The notes beneath the pieces are model-generated. The model saw only the letters and a program-made list of their open reading frames with translations, was not told the origin of the DNA and did not search any database. Of a stretch of DNA of 64,000 nt, positions 50,840 through 64,000 are shown piece by piece. Origin of the DNA: Trichoplax sp. H2 (taxonomy: Eukaryota); NCBI GenBank assembly GCA_003344405.1, contig NOWV01000282.1, forward strand, positions 1 through 64,000, read 5' to 3'. Position numbers and translations under genes: made by a program. Numbering within the stretch: position 1 is the first letter of the stretch; each line of letters starts with the position of its first letter.

Positions 50840-51125
50840 GAACTACAGTCTACAGTACAGTACAGCACTGCACAGTGTACAGTGTACAGTACTGTACTGT
50901 ACTGTAGTACGAGCGGGATTACAGTCCACCGTCCAGGGTAGGTTGCTGACGTCCAGACGTCCAGTACCGTACATGTAAGGGACTGGAAAAGTACATTGTA
51001 CAATGTACATTAATGTACTGTACATGTAATGGACAGGAAAAGTCATGCGCAGACGTTAATAGTTAGGACAGCCTTTACAGTGGCTGCATTAAGTGTACTG
51101 TACAGTACAGTACTGTACACTGAAT
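50840..51125. repeat. Low-complexity TACAG/CTGTA/GTAC-rich tract
   Basis: tacagtacagtacagcactgcacagtgtacagtgtacagtactgtactgtactgtagtac and gtactgtacagtacagtactgtacac; a similar tract lies at 53090-53155. Confidence 0.8.
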
Positions 51126-51400
51126 ATACACAGTCGGAAGGCGGACGGACCTTTTCACCAAAATGCGAGCCCTCAATATCCCAAAATGACTACTTACTGC
51201 AGTATGGATCTTCCGTGTCCGTTTTCTACATCACTGGCACTAATTGAAATAACATTGACAATCTTATGTAGCTGTTTTCAAGCAGAACTTGAATAACAGG
51301 TTATAAGATTCAATGGGATATTACTTCATTTAAAAAAATCAGTCCATTTACAATCGACCGCCTACATACTGCATATGCTAACGACGTCTTTAGCACAATA

Positions 51401-51800
51401 CAGTAGTCGCTGGTTATTAAGCCCACCTCGGGCCCAGACCAAATAGGCTTAATAAGCCCAGCCGCGTATTAAGCCCAAACGGCTTGGTACGGAATTTTAC
51501 ATTGCAAAATCCGCCGGTTAATAAGCCCAGCCGCCGGTTATAAAGCCCAGTTAGCTAACAGATTAGAGCGAGATTCTCATCTCTCTGCACCCCAGCGCCT
51601 GGGAAACCAGTTGTGCGTGTGCATTTTTTGGCCAGTCTCAAAACAGCGTTCTATTCTAAATTTTTAATACATAACCAAGCACTACACATATATGTGCGTA
51701 TACGTATGTATAGTGCTTATCCTGCGTTTGCGTTTGCACTCCGGTTATTGCGCCCGCCGCTTATTAACCGTGGGCTTAAATAACCGGCGACTACTGACTG
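51401..51800. mobile_element. ~400-bp MITE with ~26-bp terminal inverted repeats, Tc1/mariner-pogo (Tigger)-like
   Basis: Left end TA|cagtagtcgctggttattaagcccac. Right end gtgggcttaaataaccggcgactactg(actg)|TA. Several internal copies of the TIR submotif taagccc(a). No transposase ORF. Confidence 0.85.
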
Positions 51801-52661
51801 TATTTGGATGAGATGAGGCCGGGAATATCTGTCCGTCCAAGACGAATCCGGCTAGGTCTTCTTCTACGGTTGTAGGCAACTTGTAGTCCGGTATCAAAAT
51901 CAGTGATTGACATTGGTCACAAACCTCTAGACAGAGACCAAACAGCGATTGAATGCAACGGTTCTGCATATCGATTTTTTACCTGTGTGGATCTGCATTT
52001 CAAGCTAATATGAGTTGGTGTTGTATAGAACGATGACTCATTTCCACGATCAATACTGCCGCTCAGCCGGCTCAGCAGCTATCCCTCCGCTTTGCTAGGC
52101 TAGTTTGCTCGCATGGAATAGGAACACTATTCCATACTAGCATACTAGCCTGGAACAGCTAGAATTGAATCTATCCGACTGCACAGTATAAGCAGGACTA
52201 CTAAAAGAAGGTAGAAATTCTTTTAGTGTTTCAACGTCCACAATCCCTGCCATAAGCAGTCAAAGTAAACGTTTCAGCGATACGGATGCAACGAAATGCC
52301 ACATCTGCATAATCGGATGAGCTTAAAAAGAGGCGGATAAATCCAAAAGTAGCAGGACAAAAATACACAATTTGACCACAGTCCTGCTAGGTTGTGGCCA
52401 ATGAAAGTGCAACAACAAAAATGAAAGATCGAAAACCCCGGTCTAAAAGCTGTTAAAACTTGATAATAGAGCTCATCTCATAGAATATCCATAGATGGCA
52501 CTCCCAAATTGGTGAGCTTAATTACCCTCTTTATATGATACACGGAGGTATTTAATAGGTTACAAGTTTCGTACAGAAGTAACAGACAGCTCTAAAGCCA
52601 ACCATTGAACTTTTTTCAACAGACACCATTTTTTTTTCAGTCTAAATCCTATATTGACGCC

Positions 52662-53054
52662 AACGTTTTAATTTCAAAATATTCATTTGCAGTCAATTAA
52701 TACTTAATCAACTTTAAAAAATTTATGTACTGTATAGAACCCTTGATTTTTTTATTTTTCCTGTATTTGAATGGAATTTTTGATTATGTTAAGGTACCTG
52801 AAATCCAATTTGCCATTATTCAAATTGAGTTGATTTGCCATTAAAAATGTCCGTCCAAAACGTTTTATTTTCAAAATATTCATTTGCTGTCAATTAATAC
52901 TTAATCAACTTTAAAAAATTCATATATAGAACTCTTGATTTTTTTTATTTTTCCTGCATTTTAATGGAATTTTTGACTATGTTAAGGTACCCAAAATCCA
53001 ATTTATCATTATTCAAAATTAAGTTGATTTGCCACTAAAAATGTCCGTCCAAAA
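52662..53054 (+). repeat. Two-copy ~197-bp tandem duplication
   Basis: aacgtttta.tttcaaaatattcatttgc...aaaaatgtccgtccaaaa begins at 52662 and again at 52859. Confidence 0.9.
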
Positions 53055-53463
53055 TATTTTGTTGCAATTTTGTTAGCCACTCCTATTTACGGTACAGTAC
53101 AGTACAATACTAAGTATCGTAATATACAGTGCGCAGTACTGTAGTATACAGTACAATCTAGTCCAGTAATGATAGACAAGCTACAACTACCTAATCAACA
53201 TGAAAATCAAGTCAATACACTCAGTACATCAGTACCGTTTGCGTTGTTATACTACCTCTAAGTCACCTGATCTTCGGCAGCCTTTCCCCTCCATTTCCTG
53301 CGAATCCTATACTAAGACTACTTGCTTGCCACCGCCCTTGAACATTGTAGTCGTTACCAAACCAAACTCCAAGAGGAAGAACGCTGCGCCATTGCATCGA
53401 TCACCTACAAAGAAAAGGATTATTCCCCAATTTATCCTTAAAATACATCCTTAGACATCGAAA

Positions 53464-57714
<4,251 letters not shown>

Positions 57715-57934
57715 TTTTCTTGTTGTATTTTGGTATCATATATTAATTGATAATTGTTGAGAGCAATGAAGAAAAGTATCATAAGTTAGGAAACGTTCAA
57801 TAAAAAAGTTATCGCAAAAAGCGAAGTTGTTACTTAGCTATCATTAGCTAAATATTTTCGAGTCGATAAATTACAAAACAACATGAGTCATAGTTATTCA
57901 GCCATTGAGTGGCCGATGCAAAAATAGTAAAAGA

Positions 57935-60900
57935 TTACCGAATTTTAATGATAGGAAAATATTTATCAACTTCGAAAGAGAACGATGGACAAGTCTGCAA
58001 ATGAAGATTTATTGCTTTCAGTCAATGGTATTAACATAACTGGAAAATAATTACATTATTCTAGATATCAGAAAAACATCAAACCTTAGACTCCTTCTTA
58101 TGGCCACTTGCTAATAAATTCATAACTACCATATTAGTTTTCGTAATTTTTATCAAATTAGTTACCTGAAGAAGATACGGAAAAAATAGTTAGCTTCATA
58201 AATCAGAGTATTATACTCGTACTGTTTAATCTCGCCATTACGACATTCAATACACAGCATGCCAGAAGTATGCTACGCGTACAATATCTAATATCGCTAC
58301 AGATTGCAATAAAAAAGTATGTCCTATTTTCTTACATCATCGTTAGGCTTTGATATCTCCTCTAGCTTTGTTTTAGCCATATTAAAAAATTTTGCTGATG
58401 ATGAATAAAATTCCGTAGCCTATAAAGTAAAGAATAAATTATATAATCTATAGTGGCCTAAAAAACCTTCAGTTGGTCAATGAACAACATCATCCTAGAC
58501 TTTTACAGCATTTGCAAACCTTACCGTTGCTAAAGCAGCCCGCGTATACTCTCTAACTTCAGTAAATTTTTCGTAAGTTATAAGCTGAGGTGAGTAAACG
58601 TTCATAAATGGCAAAATACGGTGTTCGTAACGTAACTGAAAGCAACACAAAGTATTTTAATGTACTGGAATAATAATAGAAAATGTGAAGAAACCGATCC
58701 GAATTACAAATGCTTCCGGTAATGTAACCGATTTTTGGTCAAGTCTTTACAAACCTTTTCGTTATCATACTTAGAATTTTGATGAGCCATTTTTTCCTGC
58801 TTTACAAAACCATCAATTGCCTGCAAAATACGATGCATATTTTCTCTAATGTACAATTCATATTCAAATTTATCTACCCTTTCAAAGTGTGCAACGGTAG
58901 CAATCCGCTTTACTTACCCTTAAATATCCTTTACACATTGACTGCTTTGCATCAACTAGTTGTATCTCCAAGGTATGTTCGGAAACTATAGCAAATAAAA
59001 TTTCCCGAATTGAATACACTGAAAAACGACGTTTATAATAAATAGTAATTACCTTTTTTTTTCTTTTTTGATTTCTTATTTTTATTTTTACGAGAATCCA
59101 ACGAAGCGGCTTCATGAGCTTGTAGATGTTTATCCGCAGCGTACAAGCAAGACAAGCGGTGATTGTAAAGATAATCTACATACCTAATTTTAAAAAGTAA
59201 ATACATCTTCTTCGTAAGTTACTGGTCAGGTACCAATCAAATTTATTTAGCATACAAGAATTTACCAGTATACAATGTAGTATTCATAGGTTCCATACAA
59301 GTCAAGTTCAAAACCAAGTAACAGATAATATTCCATAATTTTACAAGTATGATATAACCCCCAAAGACCTAAGTATGGACGATGATGCAGCTAAAACAAG
59401 ATGAATCATATAAATGATTAGCTCAATTTTTACACATTAATTTAGCGTAATATTGCTAAATTCGACAACTAACCGTTATATTGTATTGTATAAGAAGTTT
59501 AACTTACTTGAGAGTCAATCCTTTCCATAATCACATTTAATTGCTCATCACATTGGGAGGCCTATTTCATTTGAATACATTTGCAAAAATTGTTAGATAA
59601 ACGGCAGCCAAATTATTATAGCATAATCACACTATCTATTATTATACCTCTTCCTGCATCGCTGACAACTCTTCCAATAAACCACCTATCTTTTCTCTCT
59701 GGCGAGATCGGTTGCAACAATAAGTAAATAATAATCTAGAAATTGGCTGAAGTAAAACGTACATTTATTATGATAACTTTTAAAATCTCAATTACCACTA
59801 TGTCAGATTTAGAACATTTAGCATACACCGTCTGATCTTTCAAAGAAGGCCTCAGATATTTCTAACGCGCGCTGTGAACCTTTCAAAGACCTAAATAAAA
59901 TAGGTTCACGTTACGACTGTGCGCTAGTAATTGCAGCTCTACAGTACAGCAAAGTAAAGAAATGGCTACGATAATTTGTGCATAGTCACTTACGGATTAT
60001 TCAATATAGGGGGCTGAGTAAATATCTTAATAGCTTTCTTAATTATTTCATTCATAGCTTTTTTATCATTGCAGGATTTGAAAGTTTCGCAGAATAAATG
60101 CTAGATTTGAGTACCAAGAAAATGACCCAAGTTTAATGATTGATAGCCACAAAACAAAACACTTATAGTGTATAGTTACATTACAAACCTGCAACGCTGA
60201 CCGAGATAAAACATCAGGATTATCGCAGCTAAAATTTGCAAAAAATTGCTGCAAAATTGTTGTCGAAGTTAATAATTAATCTGTTGATAAATTATAAAAA
60301 TTTCTTCCTAAAATTTTCTTACTATTATATTATCAATGTTCGAAATTTCTACGACTTCCGTAGCGCGGAGGAGACGACCAATTAAAGTATATATATAGTC
60401 ACATGCCTTTATATTGATTAAAGAATTTATCTCAATAAGCATTAAAGTCATTTATTGGTAGGTGCAATAGCTATAAACCTTTGTTCTTTCCATAATTTCA
60501 ATCGCTTTAGGAAATTGGGACGGTAAATGTTTCATACAAATTAGCGGATTGAAACCCATCATACAATTATTACCTACAAAAAAGATCAATACCTTAATGT
60601 TAATCTCTGATAGAGATATTTATGACTACATAGACATTACAAAACTTGCGCAAATGAACTAATCAATTACCGCAATCGTTCATTTCCGCTTGATCGCCTA
60701 AAATGCAGGTGTCCTTAATTAGCGGTATCATAGCATACATGGACTGTAATCTATTATTCGATGCCTTAACCACATCCAGGAAGGGTTCATTCATCTGTAA
60801 ATTATGTTATAACACACATTAAAAAAATGTAATAACATTACCAAATGAATCTAACAAACTAACTCCCTCGGATGTTTGATAGAACTACCTTGGTTCCAAG

Positions 60901-63891
60901 CAAATGATGGAAAAAGGAATAAAATAATCTACAAAATTTAATTCTTGTGTGCAGGGCTTGATAGAGTAGATTCTAATGCAATTAAAATAATATCATAATA
61001 TTAGGTAATTACTCTTTGATGCAATGTGAAATAAGTAGTATTATCTCAAAGTATGTTAACCTTTGATTTCGCTTGTTCATCAGTTTCTTCCTCAGGTTTT
61101 CTACCAGATTTCTAAAAGTATATTTATGTATATATCACTTAAATTGTCAAGGTTAGCAATTATTTTGTGGCATGCAGTGGTTAAAATATTTTACGGCACA
61201 AGTACTATACTTTAACATTGCGAGCGCAGTTTTCATCAACTTCTTTCAAGGATGCTGAATTAATTCACAAAAATTATTTCAGTATTAACCATAAAGTATA
61301 GCAATATGAATTCAAAGTATGGGTTACAACAAGAAACATACCAAAGGCTTTAGCATTAGTAACATTAGTCTGCAATGAACAACCATGAGATGGACAACAG
61401 AAATCCTCCTATATATGAATACAACATGCATACGAATAGAGTTAGAAAAATTAAAAGCACCAATTATGTGTACTAAAGCTATATCACAAACCTCTTCAAA
61501 TACTTGACCACTTTGTATCAAAGACCAAATCAAATCACAAGACTTTAATATACCAACACAATATGCCTAATAATTTATAAAAATTGTCTTATTAAGAACT
61601 GATGTTGTTACGAGTAAAACATAGCATAAAAAGTATTCTTACCTTTAAGTACGTATCTTCAATAAGTTCAACTTTATGCAAGTAAGAACATGTAAAAATA
61701 GTCTGAACTAACGGTTGCCCATCAAGCCAAGAAGCCTAGAAGTTCGATAATTAAGAAGGTCTAATAAATGTATTGATATGCTAGGATTTGAAGCAAAATA
61801 ATAAATTGTATTGGATTCATTCAATACTTACAACACAAGCAAGCAATTCATCAACTATCCCAATGAGTTGGGATGGACTAAAATTATCCACTTGCACCTT
61901 ATTTTTCTACAAGGTATGTATTAACATAACTTCATATATCTGAATAATAATTACAAATAAAGCATACATCAATAGTGTATTAATGTACAAACCTCAACAG
62001 CTTCTTCGAAACTAAGAATAGGCGAAGCGCAGTCTCTATAAATCATTCCGGAATCCATTTTGGGATCCATCAACTCAACAGCACTCATTGCTTCATACAA
62101 GCTAAAGCTATGATTAAATAAATCAGAAATATACCGTCAAGATTACTTTAACGTCCAGTTTGCGCAAATCATTCATGTATCCATTTTTGGACACATCAAC
62201 TCGATAACACTTATTGCTTCATACAAGCTAAAGCCTATGATTCAATTGCAATATAATATATAAACTAAAATTATAGTATCAAAATGACTTGAAGGTACAG
62301 TGTAGGTAATAAATTCGTTCGGATTCATTAACCCGACTGCACTCACTATTTCTATTACTTGTATTATGATTACATTACCACATAGACCTATTATATAAAA
62401 TTAAAAACTATATGATGGCTATTCTTTTAATGTTGGGCTATGTTCATTAAGCCAGTGTAAAGATTCCACTTTTCAATCAAGTACTTACTACTGATCATGA
62501 ACCAGTTCCCCAGGTTTTAGTTCTAAACAAATAAGGAGATTACGTGTAAGCGATTAATAATCTACACAAACAATAACACAAAGGTATACATGATATCGTT
62601 GCAATGACGTACACTATTATCATGAAGTTATGTCTAACTGCAAGAATACATAGCAATCTAATTTGTACCCTGCAGCAAAATGACGAGTACCGATCACTAT
62701 CAAACGGTAACTAGGATTCTTGGTAGGCCAATGAGCTCATAGTTTAGTCTTATCATAAAATAGCCAACTTCATATCTCATATTGAAAAAGAAATACAGTA
62801 AGATTGATGGTGCATACTGTAATAACAAGAACTGAAAGGGATTTTGTCAGTATAAAAATATACTGGCCTTTGTCTGCATTACGTAACTAGTCAAGTCAAA
62901 CACTGCTACAATGTACCAAGTGGTAAACTAAAGAGCATCGATACCGTACTTGTATTAGGATGATGGAAGATTTATTGAACGCTTTAATGACCGTATTATT
63001 TAATAAGATCGCTATCCTATGCGATAATAAAAGGGCAGAGTATATTACTGTACATGAATTATTGTGGTGTATTGTACATAGTCGCTGAATGGGCATTTGT
63101 AAATGGATTATTGCAATAATAATAATAATAACGGTATTAATACGACGATGACATTATGCCCGTTACCTTGACAAGAATTCTGAAAAGCTTGGGTGATATC
63201 TTTCCAATGGATGGGAACTTGTTCAGAACCTATCAATTCAAGAATCTATTGAATACAACAAACTCCTTTTCTTGCAAAATGGTTGCATTGTATTACTAAT
63301 AGTTCATTTAAATCGATCAATAATGACGTCGCATTCTCTTGAAGTGCAGTATAAAATTACAGCGATCATTGAAAAAGTGAACATGGCTAGGGCATACCAA
63401 CTTACAATAACTATTGCAGTAGTTATAAAGGGATAGAGTTTACATGTCATTCATGCACGAGTAAAATCATGGATATCATAGCTCGATCCATTGGAAAATT
63501 GATGTACGGTACTGTAAAAATTGAACCAAACTCGTATGCCTTGCAATACTCATAATCTAATAATAGGAAGGAGTTACAGGAATGAACTAGAAGTTTTTTA
63601 CATGCTGTTTTGATTTTCTGATGATAGCAAATGGAAAAAATCTATCCTATAATGTCATTTTATAACGTAAGCGATGAAATTATTGATGGTTAGGCATGGA
63701 AAATAAAATTGCATCGTTGATCAAGTGCTTTGCATCGGAGCCATTGTACTCGATTGCACAATCGAGTAATCGTGATGAGAATAATTATAATATAAAGAGA
63801 AAAAAATTGTCAATCAATATCGTGGTTTCATAGCTTACCCGAGATTATTTTGCCATCAATCATTTCACCATCTTCAGGCAGCCACTTTTGC
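57935..63891 (-). CDS. NAA35: N-alpha-acetyltransferase 35, NatC auxiliary subunit (Mak10), multi-exon; 5' end may extend beyond the window
   Basis: WKDITQAF (63229-63167), [60 protein letters not shown]-like segment, [10 protein letters not shown]-terminus [36 protein letters not shown] (TAA at 57935-57937). There is an in-frame ATG at 63863. Confidence 0.93.
62167..62246 (-). pseudogene. Decayed partial duplicate of an NAA35 exon inside the preceding intron
   Basis: Matches 62041-62119 at a 126-bp offset. It reads [19 protein letters not shown] against the functional [21 protein letters not shown], and has one extra base after the acceptor AG. Confidence 0.85.
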
Positions 63892-64000
63892 CTATTATTA
63901 TATATATATCCAATGGTCAGTATTTAGTACTATTCAATTGCAAATCCATTCTTTCATCGGTTATCTAATAAAATTCTATCCTGCACTCGATTGCATTCTA

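Noticed and set aside
50154..51296. Cluster of overlapping short ORFs on both strands
   Set aside because: They arise from the GC-richer promoter island and TACAG/CTGTA low-complexity sequence. No recognisable protein motifs.
63747..63768. 10-bp inverted repeat tactcgattg-ca-caatcgagta
   Set aside because: Short, intronic and with a 2-nt loop; no supporting context.

Overview
This is AT-rich eukaryotic genomic DNA with compact GT-AG introns. The style is consistent with an early-branching animal such as a placozoan, but that is an inference. The left half is accessory-looking. It holds (i) an intronless 2092-aa ORF combining a CE-clan (Ulp1-like) cysteine protease, a PD-(D/E)XK-like nuclease motif, a degenerate NTPase-like block and a NACHT/STAND NTPase; (ii) a secreted prepropeptide gene whose Arg-rich, probably amidated C-terminal peptide is assembled from 6-24-nt microexons, most of them in a ~160/320-bp tandem repeat with live and dead copies interleaved, which the ORF track misses; and (iii) a two-exon class A GPCR. 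The right half is a housekeeping block: HAUS1 (+), CHAF1A (-), COPS2 (+) and NAA35 (-). A pogo/Tc1-like MITE, a ~197-bp tandem duplication and dense TACAGTA/TACTGTA runs lie in the CHAF1A-COPS2 divergent intergenic region. All exon boundaries were read by eye and no database searches were run.
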